Under the pieces are notes generated by a model, which ran no database searches, was not told the DNA's origin, and saw only the letters and a list, made by a program, of their open reading frames with translations. The position numbers and the translations under genes were made by a program. Shown piece by piece: positions 1 to 9,963 of a stretch of DNA of 58,754 nt. Position 1 is the stretch's first letter, and each line of letters opens with the position of its first letter. Origin of the DNA: Bacteroidota bacterium. GTDB taxonomy: Bacteria > Bacteroidota > Bacteroidia > Flavobacteriales_F > PHOS-HE28. The stretch lies in the NCBI GenBank assembly GCA_023412755.1, contig JAEZCB010000015.1, forward strand, positions 1 to 58,754. Reading direction: 5' to 3'.

Positions 1-1416
1 CGTATCATGGTCCACGGTGATGCAGTACGGCGTTCCGATCGCATCCTGCCTGCGGTAGCGTTTTCCGATCGAATCCTTCTCGTCATACTGGCAGTTGTGG
101 TCGATCTTCAATCGATCGATGATCTCGCGCGCTTTCTCGGGCAAGCCATCCTTCTTCACCAACGGCAACACGGCGATCTTCACGGGCGCTAAAGGCGCCG
201 GTATGCGCAACACTTCGCGCTCGCTGCCATCGGCCAGCTTCTCCACTTCAAAAGCCGCGCTCAGGATCGCGAGGAACATCCGATCAAGACCGATCGATGT
301 TTCCACCACATATGGCACATAGCTCTCGTTCGTCTCCGTGTCGAAGAACTGAAGTTTCTTCCCGCTGAATTTCTCGTGGCTCCCCAGGTCGAAATCGGTG
401 CGGCTGTGGATCCCTTCAAGCTCCTTGAAACCCATCGGGAACTGGAACTCGATATCGGCCGCGGCATTCGCGTAGTGCGCCAGTTTGATATGGTCATGGA
501 AGCGGTAATGATCCACCGGCAGACCGAGCGCGCGGTGCCATTTCATACGCTTCTCCTTCCAGTGTTCGTACCACTCCATCTCCGTGCCTGGCTTCACGAA
601 GAATTGCATCTCCATCTGTTCGAATTCGCGCATGCGGAACACGAACTGCCGCGCCACGATCTCGTTGCGGAACGCCTTCCCGGTCTGCGCGATGCCGAAC
701 GGCAGTTTCATCCGCGCGCTCTTCTGTACGTTCAGGAAATTCACGAAGATCCCCTGCGCCGTCTCAGGCCGCAGGTAGATCGTGCTGCTCTCGCCGCTCA
801 CGCTTCCGAGCTCCGTGGCGAACATCAGGTTGAACTGGCGCACTTCGGTCCAATTAGCGGTGCCGCTCACCGGGCACTTGATCTCCTCATCGATGATCAG
901 CTGGCGCACGCCCTCCAGATCGTTCGCCTCCAGCACCTCCTTCATCCGGCCTTCCACCTTGTCGATACGCTCCTGGCTGCGCTTCACATTCGGATTTGTC
1001 GATCGGAATTGCGCTTCATCAAAGGCATCGCCGAATTTCTTCCGCGCCTTCTCAACCTCCTTGTTGATCTTGTCCTGGTACATCGCCATGTGCTCCTCCA
1101 GAAGCACATCCGCGCGATAGCGTTTTTTGCTGTCCTTGTTGTCGATCAGCGGATCGTTGAACGCATCCACGTGGCCACTGGCTTTCCACACAGTGGGATG
1201 CATGAAGATCGCCGCATCGATCCCCACGATGTTCTCGTTCAACTTCACCATCGCCTCCCACCAATAGCGACGGATGTTGTTCTTCAACTCCACGCCATAC
1301 GGCCCGTAATCATACGTGGCGCTCAGCCCGTCGTAGATCTCGCTGCTGGGGAACACAAAACCATACTCTTTCGCATGGCCGATCAGGGTCTTAAACTTGT
1401 CTTCGTTGGTGCTCAT
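1..1416 (-). CDS. glyQS: Glycine--tRNA ligase (class II, homodimeric GlyQS type); the C-terminus runs off the left window edge
   Basis: It is missing from the ORF track because no stop lies inside the window. The reverse frame is open from the ATG (complement of 1414-1416) to base 1. My translation begins MSTNEDKFKTLIGHAKEYGFVFPSSEIYDGLSATYDYGPYGVELKNNIRRYWWEAMV. It continues through LRPETAQGIFVNFLNV and GKAFRNEIVARQFVFRMREFEQMEMQFF, which are hallmark GlyRS segments. The + ORF 376..1497 is its antisense shadow. Confidence 0.9.
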   Translation of the reverse strand, partial: MSTNEDKFKTLIGHAKEYGFVFPSSEIYDGLSATYDYGPYGVELKNNIRRYWWEAMVKLNENIVGIDAAIFMHPTVWKASGHVDAFNDPLIDNKDSKKRYRADVLLEEHMAMYQDKINKEVEKARKKFGDAFDEAQFRSTNPNVKRSQERIDKVEGRMKEVLEANDLEGVRQLIIDEEIKCPVSGTANWTEVRQFNLMFATELGSVSGESSTIYLRPETAQGIFVNFLNVQKSARMKLPFGIAQTGKAFRNEIVARQFVFRMREFEQMEMQFFVKPGTEMEWYEHWKEKRMKWHRALGLPVDHYRFHDHIKLAHYANAAADIEFQFPMGFKELEGIHSRTDFDLGSHEKFSGKKLQFFDTETNESYVPYVVETSIGLDRMFLAILSAAFEVEKLADGSEREVLRIPAPLAPVKIAVLPLVKKDGLPEKAREIIDRLKIDHNCQYDEKDSIGKRYRRQDAIGTPYCITVDHDT

Positions 1417-1573
1417 TTTCGATCACGATCATCCTGGAAACCTTCGATGTCGCGGGCGCAAAGATGCGGAGAGGAGGGTGAAAAGGTGAAAGAGTGAAAG
1501 AGTGAGAAAGTCTTCTCATCTGTCTCGTCCTGAAAAAGGTTGGCGGTTTAGTGACGTTGGTCCTGTGTTAGGG

Positions 1574-1915
1574 TTACAAGTTCGGATTTGTCTGGTTCAG
1601 GTTTACAGCATGGTAATTCTTCCAGCGCTGGGGTAGACGATGGTCCAGTTCATGGGCCTTTGATGGTATTTCGAAGTCGATGCTCATGTGCAAGCGTTCC
1701 TCGTTGTAGATCTAGACCGCTTCATCCAACATCGCCTTGGTGGCCATCTTCCTCTTGTTAAGGGATACCGCCATTCATGCATAGCTGATCGGATCGCCGT
1801 AGAGTTGTAGCATGGATATGAGTTGGGATCGCGCACGCTCGACCCATCCATGGGTGAAGCGATCGAGGAAGGTGTGAAGGCCCTGGACAATGCAGGCCGT
1901 TTCGTGAAGCGGATC
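1574..1915 (-). pseudogene. Remnant of an IS3-family-like transposase (integrase-core C-terminus), disrupted
   Basis: Reverse-strand translation reads ...KRKMATKAMLDEAV*IYNEERLHMSIDFEIPSKAHELDHRLPQRWKNYHAVNLNQTNPNL*. YNxERxHxS(I/L)xxxxP is the conserved tail of rve-type transposases. There is an in-frame TAG (complement of 1712-1714) and another stop further upstream. No intact N-terminal part or inverted repeats were seen. Confidence 0.45.
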
Positions 1916-1940
1916 CTACGCGGCAGAAAGTGATCGTTAT

Positions 1941-2699
1941 TCAGGCACAGGCGGCAGTGAAGATGCTCAGCTTCACGCCAGGTATGTCCAGCAGGGATCG
2001 GGCGCAGGCTTCCAAAGTGGCGCCGGTGGTAACCACATCATCCACCAGCAGTATGTGGCGTCCCTCCAGTAGGTCCGGCCGCTTCACTTGAAAGGCTTCG
2101 CGCACATTGGTCCAACGATCCCAACCGCCTCTGCGGGTCTGTGTCCGGGTGGTGCGGGTGCGCACCACTCCATCGGAAGCATCCTCCAGATGGTTTATAC
2201 TACGCATACCCTCCACTAGTAATCTACTCTGGTTGTATCCTCTTTGGTACTCGCGTTTTGGATGGAGGGGTAGAGCCACAAGGAGGTCGACCTCGCTGAA
2301 GCGTTCGCTTTTTGCCAGGTCCTCGGCCATCATGCGGCCCAGCTCGAGACCAAGGTCCGTTTCTCCCTTGTATTTCAACCTATGGAGCATCCTTTGCACC
2401 ATTCCCGTACGATTGAACAATAGGAAGGAGCTCGCGGCATGCAAGGGTAGCCGTCCCTGGAATAGTTTTTCAACCCTGTTCTCCGGATCATCATGGAAAC
2501 GTGTAAGAGGCAGGTCTCCATGGCAATGCTGGCACAAGATGCGTTCATGCAGGTACAAGGCCTCATCACACGAAGCGCAGCGGCGCGGGTAGAGCAGACC
2601 CAGCAGGTCGTTCAACCATACCTTCAAAGGTGCCTTTAGCGGATCCAAATACCCAATACTTTGTTGATAAGCGATGCGTTGACTGAAATACGGCGACAA
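1941..2699 (-). CDS. comF: ComF family protein (phosphoribosyltransferase-fold, ComFC-like)
   Basis: N-terminal Cys cluster CASCDEALYLHERILCQHCHGDL and C-terminal PRTase motif HILLVDDVVTTGATLEAC. The longest-ORF start is TTG, so the start codon is uncertain. Confidence 0.8.
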   Translation of the reverse strand: MSPYFSQRIAYQQSIGYLDPLKAPLKVWLNDLLGLLYPRRCASCDEALYLHERILCQHCHGDLPLTRFHDDPENRVEKLFQGRLPLHAASSFLLFNRTGMVQRMLHRLKYKGETDLGLELGRMMAEDLAKSERFSEVDLLVALPLHPKREYQRGYNQSRLLVEGMRSINHLEDASDGVVRTRTTRTQTRRGGWDRWTNVREAFQVKRPDLLEGRHILLVDDVVTTGATLEACARSLLDIPGVKLSIFTAACA

Positions 2700-2750
2700 A
2701 GTGCACCTCTAATTTAGCGCTGCCTGCCGGTGGATACCGGTTCCCTGCCA

Positions 2751-3674
2751 ATGGAGAATACGAACGACCGAGGAATAGCTTCCGACAACAAGAAGAACCG
2801 CTCGAACACCGGTCTGCTTTTGCTGGTGGTCCTGCTGTTGATCAGCAATGTGGTGATGCTCTGGATGCTGATGCAGCGCAACCGTGCTGTGGAACAGAGC
2901 CAACAACAGCTGGAAACGGTCTCCACCGAAAAGGAAAATGTGACCCATTTGCTTGAGAACATGCTCGCTTCATATGATACATTGAAGACGGAGAACGAGC
3001 AGATCACCACCGAAATGGAGGCCCAGCGTGCGCAGATCGAGCAGTTGCTGGAACAGGTGAAGCGTGGCAATTACGACCTCTCCAAGGCCAAGAAGGAAGC
3101 GGAGACCCTGCGTCGGATCATGAAAGGTTATGTGGTGACCATCGATTCGTTGAATCAGGCGAACCAGTTGCTTACGGCGGAGAATGTTACCATGCGCCAG
3201 GAGTTGGGCGAGGTCATGGGTCAACGCCAGGCGCTGCAATCAAAGGCCGAGGACCTGGAAGGGAAGATCGCCGCCGGCAGTGTATTGCATACCACCAGCA
3301 TCAATGCCGGGGCCCTCTTCATGCGCAACAACGGCAAACAGGTGGATACCGATAGGGCCAAGCGCGCTGAAATGGTGAAATGCTGCTTCACACTGGGCGA
3401 GAACCGGGTGACCAGCGCGGGTGACAAGGTGCTCTATATGCGGGTGATCAGCCCTGATGGCAAGGTACTCCCCGCGAACGACGCCGATAACAGGTTCCGC
3501 TTCAACGGAGTGGAAGGTGAATACAGCGCACGCCGCGAGGTGAACTATCAGAATCAGCCGGTGGATATCTGCATCTTCTGGAACGGGACCGCCGAGTTGC
3601 GCTCCGGACAGTACTTGGTGGAGGTCTATGAAAGTGGCTCGCTGATCTCCAAGGCTTCCTTCAACTTGAAGTGA
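2751..3674 (+). CDS. Hypothetical membrane-anchored coiled-coil protein
   Basis: ORF 2730..3674. The first ATG is at 2751 (MENTNDRG). One TM helix (LLLLVVLLLISNVVMLWML) is followed by a long heptad-like, Q/E/L-rich stretch and a beta-rich C-terminal domain. I recognise no family. Confidence 0.6.
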   Translation: MENTNDRGIASDNKKNRSNTGLLLLVVLLLISNVVMLWMLMQRNRAVEQSQQQLETVSTEKENVTHLLENMLASYDTLKTENEQITTEMEAQRAQIEQLLEQVKRGNYDLSKAKKEAETLRRIMKGYVVTIDSLNQANQLLTAENVTMRQELGEVMGQRQALQSKAEDLEGKIAAGSVLHTTSINAGALFMRNNGKQVDTDRAKRAEMVKCCFTLGENRVTSAGDKVLYMRVISPDGKVLPANDADNRFRFNGVEGEYSARREVNYQNQPVDICIFWNGTAELRSGQYLVEVYESGSLISKASFNLK

Positions 3675-3689
3675 TCCTTTAGGGACCGT

Positions 3690-3730
3690 AAGGCCCGGTT
3701 CGCCCACGGCGTCCGGGCTTTTCTTTTTCA
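3690..3730 (+). terminator. Rho-independent terminator candidate
   Basis: aaggcccgg (3690-3698) pairs with ccgggcttt (3713-3721), with an inner cgcc/ggcg pairing, followed by a T-rich run ttttctttttc. It lies between convergent genes. Confidence 0.6.
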
Positions 3731-3736
3731 GCCAGA

Positions 3737-6700
3737 TCAGAAGAAGGCCCTCACTTGAGCGCCTCCTACATGTACGATCGATAAACCTTCGGACCGACGT
3801 CCATTGTAGGTAAGGTCCACTTGCAAATTGTTGCTCAGGTTACGTTGGATGCTCACACTCCAGGTGAGATTGCCGCCAGGACGCAGCCCGGTGAGCATTT
3901 CATTGCCGAGCGATGAATTCGGTTCACCATCGTAGGCGATATCCACCAGGTTCATGTTCATCAGCACACTTCCTTTGCCGGCGGTATTGTAACGCAGCTC
4001 GGTACCGAGATCCTGGATCTGGGCTTTTTCGCCGCCGAATTCCTCCAGGTTCTTCTTTTCGGTATATCGGTAGTAGAGGATCACCCTAAAGGAAGTATTC
4101 GGTTGCCAGGTAACACGCGGCCGGAGGCCCTGCTGTTCAATGGCGAAAGTGCGGCCGGCCAGTATATCGGAATTGCTGGATATCCGGCCCTGCTCGCTTT
4201 CAATGTCGGTGGTCCATTGCCGGGTGGTGTTCCAGCGTACCCGTAATGTATTGAAGGTGCGTGATCGCCCTTCGAAACCGTTCACGAGAAGGGTGCGGCT
4301 TTGATCGCTCTGCCATGTATGGTCCACGCTCCAGGATCGGCTGGTGCGATCGTAATAGAATGTGTTCCGTGCCGAGGAGTTGTACGCGCTCATGGTGGTA
4401 TCGGAGCCTTGTATGCTGAAGGGATCCAGCGCCTGCAACAGATCATCAACCCCTGTTTTCCTGTCCACCCGGAAGGATGCCAGATCGGAGAATTTGGCAA
4501 GGAAATTCTTGAAACCTTCCTTTTCTGCCCACAGCACGGCCGGCCGCAGGTCCAGTGATGCACTCACCTGATTGCTGAAGGTGCGCACGTAGGTATCGCT
4601 GGGAACGAAGACGCGTACATGGTCCGCCTCATACCCGAACGGTGCGATCTCGAATTCATTCAGTTCCTTTACCCCGTTGCTGTTGTAGTCTATCCAGATA
4701 TAGAGGCCCTGGCCTGCGGGCACCTCCAGATAGATGTACTCCCTGCGCTGCTCCAATCCGGAGCCGAACTCATAGAATACATCCAGCACCGCCGCACCTT
4801 TGAGCATGGTCAAGTCATAGTCCACCCTGGCCAGATAGGTGTCCTCCGGGCGCTGGGAGGTAAGTGTGCTGTCCATGATGGTGAGCCTGCGATAGGTGAA
4901 AGTGGTGTTCAGCCGGTTTCGCGGGTTTCGTGCCAGGTCCAGGTTGAAGCTATATGCATTGGCCAGTGTGGTAAGCACTAGGCTCCCATCGCGCAGGGCG
5001 TGATCCTGGCGCTGCCCGGCGGAAAGCATCCACTTGTTTCGAAAAGTATCCGGGCTTTGCACGAATACTTCGTGATCATGGAACATATAACTGGGCGCGA
5101 GCAGCTGATCGGTTGTGTCCGACTGGAAAAGATTTCGTTCATATTCGCTACGGTAGCCCACGGTGATGCTCTTCATTCGGCGGCGTACCTGGCTCTTCTG
5201 CCTAAGAAAATCGCTTTCCACGGGCATGGTGGTGTTCAACCAGCTGGCGGAACCCAGCAGATCCCACTTTCCTGCACGGAGATCCGATGTCAATTCCTGC
5301 CGATAGCCTTTGTACCGATCGGTAACATGGAAAAGACTTGATCCCAACACGAACTGGCCTATTTTCTTTCCACGGATCCCTACCTGGGCACCAGTAAGCA
5401 GTTGATCATGCTGCAGGTCCAACCCCATGGCATTCCAATTACGCTCGAATTCCACGGCACGGTAGCGCTCGATGAATTTGAAGTTCCTGCTCAGTGATTC
5501 CACATCCCCGCCCAGAAGCAATTTCAAGGTGCTATCCTCCTTGCTTATCGGTATGGCGTGTTCAACACGGGACATGATGCCAAGGCCTTGGTCATCACGC
5601 TCATCCAGATCGCTGAACGTGTTCCTGTCCTCGTTGCTCAAGGCCAGTTCCACCGTGGCGTTGGTGTTCTTTCCGAAACGATGATCGAATCCCAGAGTGA
5701 AGAGCTGCTGGGTCCTCGGGGGAATGAGCACGCGCATTGGCACGTGATCGCCACGCCTGATCAGCTGGCCATTCACAGTATCCGGGGCCACCCAGCGGAA
5801 TACCCGCCCATTGGGTGTGAAATCCTGCTGCACATAATCGCCCTGCCCGGGTGCCACCTGCGTGAATGAGATCCGGTAGGCCGCGCTCTCTGGATCGGTG
5901 CTGTACACGTACACCGGATCATAACCCAATGAATCGGTGCGCCGGTATAACACCTGGTCGTTGGCATATCCCACACTGTCTATGCCATTCACCATGGCAG
6001 CAAAAGGGTCGTCGCCGGCCTGTGAGAGCGCTTCCTTGTCCTCATCACTAAGCTGTTGCTGCAATGGCTGATCCCGATGGTCCTGCTCACTGTAGAGGTT
6101 CAATCGGAGCTTGCTCCTGCCCAGATCCGTGATGTTCTCCAGGCGCACCAGCGAACGGGCGTAATTCTTATCGGAGTATTGGAATTCCACAATGATCCTC
6201 CGATCCTTGGTGATCATCCGTTTGGCCGTGAAGGTGAGTTCCGCGGTGTTGTAGTCGATAACATAATCGTTCTCCTGCCCGCGTACCATCAATTGCCCAT
6301 CTATGAATACGCGCTCGGTCCCGGAAAGCACCACAATGAAGGTTTCCCCATCATTCCCTCGCAACCGGTATGGGCCCTGCACCCCTTCCACCCCCTGCAC
6401 CAATTGACGTGCGAATTTGCCTTTGCTTATGGCCACACTGGCACCCACATGGTTCACCACCCCGCCGCCAAGCTTCATTGGTGTTTCGAAACTGAGCCCC
6501 TTGGTCTTCTTCATGTAGGTGAGAAAGTGACTTTTGGGCCGCAGCAGCACAAAATCCCCTGCGATCAATTGCCAAAGAGTTCCCGAACGTTCGGGATCAT
6601 CTTCATATAGTTTGATGAATACCTGATCGAAATCCTGGAGCTCCTGTGTGTTTCCGCCGGCCTGTATGGGAATATTGTTGTCCGTTACCGAAGCCAGCAC

Positions 6701-7270
6701 TTTGATCCTGTCGGTAAGATGTCCGCTCAATTCCAGGTTCAAGGTGGAATTCACCGAAAGATCCTGGTTGTTGCCAAAAAGCACGCCGCGTGAAATGCTA
6801 CCGCTGCGATCGAGTGTGCGTTCACTCATTAGTGAGCTTTCCTGCCTGGGTATCTCATACTTGAACGGATCATTGCGATCCCCACTGGGGGTGAGCAGGC
6901 TTGCATGGTCTTTATGGAAGTATCGGCGACCCAACATGAGGGGCAGCACACGGTACCGCACCAGCACACTATCGGGCGCACCTGGCCAGACCACGAGGCC
7001 CAGGTAAGGCTCCACTTCGTAGCGGGAAGTATCCACCAACGTATCACCATCGTATAATCGCACACTCCCGGGTACCAGGCTCAACGTGTCTATACGCAGG
7101 GTGTCCCTGTCAGATAGTACCCAGCGTTCGCGCAGATTGGACCCCGTTTGGCCAGGAGCCTGAAGGATGCCGAGAAGGAGGAACAGCAACACGCCAACCG
7201 ACCGGATGCTCGGATCCGACCGGCCGCGGTGGCTTTTCCTGGGCACGCGGCCAGTGGGCACTATGTACAT
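3737..7270 (-). CDS. Large putative outer-membrane beta-barrel protein of unknown function
   Basis: 1177 aa. A signal-like N-terminus (VGVLLFLLLGILQAPGQ), alternating beta-strand-like composition throughout, and a C-terminal aromatic residue (...GGAQVRAFF) are typical of OMP barrels. I recognise no specific family. Confidence 0.6.
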   Translation of the reverse strand: MYIVPTGRVPRKSHRGRSDPSIRSVGVLLFLLLGILQAPGQTGSNLRERWVLSDRDTLRIDTLSLVPGSVRLYDGDTLVDTSRYEVEPYLGLVVWPGAPDSVLVRYRVLPLMLGRRYFHKDHASLLTPSGDRNDPFKYEIPRQESSLMSERTLDRSGSISRGVLFGNNQDLSVNSTLNLELSGHLTDRIKVLASVTDNNIPIQAGGNTQELQDFDQVFIKLYEDDPERSGTLWQLIAGDFVLLRPKSHFLTYMKKTKGLSFETPMKLGGGVVNHVGASVAISKGKFARQLVQGVEGVQGPYRLRGNDGETFIVVLSGTERVFIDGQLMVRGQENDYVIDYNTAELTFTAKRMITKDRRIIVEFQYSDKNYARSLVRLENITDLGRSKLRLNLYSEQDHRDQPLQQQLSDEDKEALSQAGDDPFAAMVNGIDSVGYANDQVLYRRTDSLGYDPVYVYSTDPESAAYRISFTQVAPGQGDYVQQDFTPNGRVFRWVAPDTVNGQLIRRGDHVPMRVLIPPRTQQLFTLGFDHRFGKNTNATVELALSNEDRNTFSDLDERDDQGLGIMSRVEHAIPISKEDSTLKLLLGGDVESLSRNFKFIERYRAVEFERNWNAMGLDLQHDQLLTGAQVGIRGKKIGQFVLGSSLFHVTDRYKGYRQELTSDLRAGKWDLLGSASWLNTTMPVESDFLRQKSQVRRRMKSITVGYRSEYERNLFQSDTTDQLLAPSYMFHDHEVFVQSPDTFRNKWMLSAGQRQDHALRDGSLVLTTLANAYSFNLDLARNPRNRLNTTFTYRRLTIMDSTLTSQRPEDTYLARVDYDLTMLKGAAVLDVFYEFGSGLEQRREYIYLEVPAGQGLYIWIDYNSNGVKELNEFEIAPFGYEADHVRVFVPSDTYVRTFSNQVSASLDLRPAVLWAEKEGFKNFLAKFSDLASFRVDRKTGVDDLLQALDPFSIQGSDTTMSAYNSSARNTFYYDRTSRSWSVDHTWQSDQSRTLLVNGFEGRSRTFNTLRVRWNTTRQWTTDIESEQGRISSNSDILAGRTFAIEQQGLRPRVTWQPNTSFRVILYYRYTEKKNLEEFGGEKAQIQDLGTELRYNTAGKGSVLMNMNLVDIAYDGEPNSSLGNEMLTGLRPGGNLTWSVSIQRNLSNNLQVDLTYNGRRSEGLSIVHVGGAQVRAFF

Positions 7271-7391
7271 ACGGTGCAGCAGCCCGAAAATTATCCCTTA
7301 TGTCACCAGTGGACGAAAAATGCCGATCCGTTCACCAATGGACTGTTGGTAGTTCATCCAGCCACTCTACTCCCCTGGCCATTGGGCGGAA

Positions 7392-7399
7392 TAAATTTG
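7392..7399 (+). promoter_or_regulatory. Bacteroidota sigma-A -7 box (TAnnTTTG) candidate for the solute-binding protein gene
   Basis: TAAATTTG ends 10 nt upstream of the ATG at 7410. Confidence 0.45.
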
Positions 7400-7409
7400 G
7401 CGGAACACC

Positions 7410-9134
7410 ATGAGATCCGCGCATAGATCCCTGCGATCGGCCCTTCCGTTCCTGCTCCTTCCGGCCATCATGGCGTGTTCCAGCACGCTGCAGCCTCGGG
7501 AGCGTGCCGGAGATGGAGGAAAATACTATGGCGGAGTATTCAACGCCAATGAAGCTGAGGAATTGCGCGGGCTTTTCCCCCTCAGCCTCACACAGGCCGC
7601 CTCACATCGCATAGCGGCCCAGATGTATGAAGGGCTGGTCACTTTCGATCAGGCCGATCTTTCGATCCGTCCGGCCCTGGCCACACATTGGGAGACCGAT
7701 CCCACCAATACCATCTACACATTCCACATTCGCCCGGATGTGCGCTTCCACGTTGATCCCTGTTTCAAGGATGGAAAGGGCCGGGAATTGAGTGCGCAGG
7801 ATGTGGTGGAATGCTTCACCCGTCTCTGCACAGCGGATCCCATGAATCAGATGAGTTGGCTCTTCCGAGGCCGGGTGTTGGGCGCCGAAGAGCATTACCA
7901 GGCCACAGCCCAGGGCCGTCCGAGTGCTGGTGTGAAGGGCATAGAAGCGTTGGGTGATGACCGGGTACGCCTCACCCTGACTTCGGTATCTCCCAGTTTC
8001 CTGCAGTTGCTGGCCCACCAGGGCTGCTGGATCTACCCACGGGAATTGGTGGACCATTATGGCGCGGACGCACGTTGGCAGCCGGTGGGCACAGGCGCTT
8101 TTCGTTTGCGCAACTTCAGGCGTGGCGAAGCCCTGGTGATGGAACGCAACCATGACTATTGGGGCAAGGATGAATTCGGCAACGAGCTTCCTTTCCTGGA
8201 TGCCATCCGCTACACTTTCGCAGCCGATAAGGTGCGTGAGCTGGAAGAGTTCCAAAAGGGCAACCTCACTGTGATGTACGAGTTGCCGGTGGATCGTACC
8301 GATTTCCTGACCGAGGCTTCAGCGTTGTATCAGGTACAGTCCATTCCGCAGTATTCCGTGCAGTTCTATGGGTTCAATTCCCGCAGGAGACCTTTCGATG
8401 ATGTGCGGATAAGGCGGGCGGTATCCCTGGCGGTGGATAGGCAGCTGATCGTGGACAGTGTGCTGGCCGGATTGGCCGTTCCTGCGGCAAGGGGAGTGGT
8501 GGCGCCGGGTTTCCAGGATTACCCGTATGATTCCTTGCCGCCCTTGCGGCATGATCCAGAAGAGGCCCGGCGGTTGCTGGCACAAGCCGGGCATCCAGGA
8601 GGTAAAGGACTGCCTACCATTTTCCTGCAGGTCAATGGGGATGGCTTCGGTTACATCAAAGTGGCCGGTCTTATCCAATCCATGTTGGAAAAGGAGCTCG
8701 GGGCCCGCGTTGTTTCTTCCGTATTGCCGGTGAAACAACATTTCGAGAAGATCGAGAGAGGTGAGGCGGCCTTTTGGAGGGAAGGATGGATCGTGGACCA
8801 TCCGGATCCCGAGAATGTGCTGGCTTTGTTCCACGGCCGCAGTGTACCGCAGGATACCAATGAGATATCCTATATGAACAGTACCCGCTATGTGAATGAC
8901 AGTTTCGATGGCTGGTTCACCCTGGCACAGGGTACTGCGGATCGTGAGCGTCGCATGCGCATGCTGGCCAATGCGGAAAAGCAATTGATGAAAGATGCCA
9001 TGGTGCTGCCGCTTTACCACGAGCGTTCGGTCAGGTTGCTGCAGCCCTACGTGCGCGATCTTCCCATCAACGCCATGGAGTTCCGGGACCTGCGTACCGT
9101 GTGGTTCGACCCTAAGGCCAGATCGCCTGCCTAG
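7410..9134 (+). CDS. ABC-transporter substrate-binding protein, family 5 (peptide/nickel type) lipoprotein; no adjacent permease or ATPase genes
   Basis: Lipobox LLLPAIMACSS. The length (574 aa) and segments such as GTGAFRLRNFRRGEALVMERNHDYWG and YGFNSRRRPFDDVRIRRAVSLAVDR resemble OppA/DppA-like SBP_bac_5 proteins. Confidence 0.75.
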   Translation: MRSAHRSLRSALPFLLLPAIMACSSTLQPRERAGDGGKYYGGVFNANEAEELRGLFPLSLTQAASHRIAAQMYEGLVTFDQADLSIRPALATHWETDPTNTIYTFHIRPDVRFHVDPCFKDGKGRELSAQDVVECFTRLCTADPMNQMSWLFRGRVLGAEEHYQATAQGRPSAGVKGIEALGDDRVRLTLTSVSPSFLQLLAHQGCWIYPRELVDHYGADARWQPVGTGAFRLRNFRRGEALVMERNHDYWGKDEFGNELPFLDAIRYTFAADKVRELEEFQKGNLTVMYELPVDRTDFLTEASALYQVQSIPQYSVQFYGFNSRRRPFDDVRIRRAVSLAVDRQLIVDSVLAGLAVPAARGVVAPGFQDYPYDSLPPLRHDPEEARRLLAQAGHPGGKGLPTIFLQVNGDGFGYIKVAGLIQSMLEKELGARVVSSVLPVKQHFEKIERGEAAFWREGWIVDHPDPENVLALFHGRSVPQDTNEISYMNSTRYVNDSFDGWFTLAQGTADRERRMRMLANAEKQLMKDAMVLPLYHERSVRLLQPYVRDLPINAMEFRDLRTVWFDPKARSPA

Positions 9135-9865
9135 GCATTGGCCTTGGAAATATGTTCGTATACCAGTTGCTTGGCCAGCGGCATAAAGGTCTCTATATGC
9201 GGCAGGGGCACTTCGGCCTCGAATACGAAAGTGGCTGGATTGGGTCTTTCCTTATGCATGCTGCGCAACTGCGAACGGATGTGCTCATAAGTGCAGGTCA
9301 TGCTTAGCCCATAGGTGGTGGCGAAGCGGGTGTTCACGCTGCGGTACTGCAATTCCTCATTCGCCTCCCGCAGCAGCGGCATGGCATAACCATACACCCG
9401 CACTTCACTACCCGTGCGCAGGAGAAGCCAGCCTTCGGTGGCATTCAAGGGTTGTATGCCCACCGGGAAGAAATTGATCCGTTCACTGATCTCCTGGCGC
9501 AACTCTTTTCCCTCGGAAAGGGCTTTGCGCATGCCGGGGATGGAAAAGTCGATCACCTCATCGATCATGGCCAGTAACTCATCCTCCTCAGGCCTTTCAT
9601 GTATGGCTTCGCCAGTGCGTGGATCGAAGCCCAAGAGGGGGCCGGCGACCAGACGGGCCAACTCGTCCTTGCTCTTCCGCAACCGGACCAGTTCAACCAC
9701 ATGGTCCTGCAGATCCTCGAGATAGGGGTAAAGTTTGCGTTCCGCGAAACGGTGCCCCACCCGCTGCAGATAGGCGAGGAGGATGTATCGCTTCAGTTCG
9801 GGATCGATGGCCGGAAGCACCACCCAATCCCTTGGCAGACCCGTATTGCCGATATCCCTCATCAT
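9131..9865 (-). CDS. Hypothetical protein (soluble, 244 aa)
   Basis: A clean ORF with ordinary globular composition. It overlaps the previous gene end by 4 nt in convergent orientation. No recognisable motif. Confidence 0.55.
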   Translation of the reverse strand: MMRDIGNTGLPRDWVVLPAIDPELKRYILLAYLQRVGHRFAERKLYPYLEDLQDHVVELVRLRKSKDELARLVAGPLLGFDPRTGEAIHERPEEDELLAMIDEVIDFSIPGMRKALSEGKELRQEISERINFFPVGIQPLNATEGWLLLRTGSEVRVYGYAMPLLREANEELQYRSVNTRFATTYGLSMTCTYEHIRSQLRSMHKERPNPATFVFEAEVPLPHIETFMPLAKQLVYEHISKANA

Positions 9866-9884
9866 GGAATTGGAACGGACTGTT

Positions 9885-9892
9885 CAAAAATA
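9885..9892 (-). promoter_or_regulatory. -7 box candidate (TATTTTTG on the minus strand)
   Basis: The plus strand reads caaaaata, 20 nt upstream of the minus-strand start at 9865. Confidence 0.4.
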
Positions 9893-9963
9893 ATGTTGCC
9901 TTTTGGCGAGCTTGGTATGCCGCTGGAGGAACTTTGAACCAAGTTATCTTTAAAGCCACAAGT

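Noticed and set aside
376-1497. Long + strand ORF (373 aa) rich in H/L/R/E
   Set aside because: It lies exactly antisense to a textbook GlyRS reading frame and has non-protein-like composition, so it is a shadow ORF.
9619-9963. N-terminal 115-codon extension of the OmpA-family ORF
   Set aside because: It is an Arg/Pro/Gly-rich leader overlapping the divergent gene 9131..9865. A canonical lipoprotein signal begins at the ATG at 9964.
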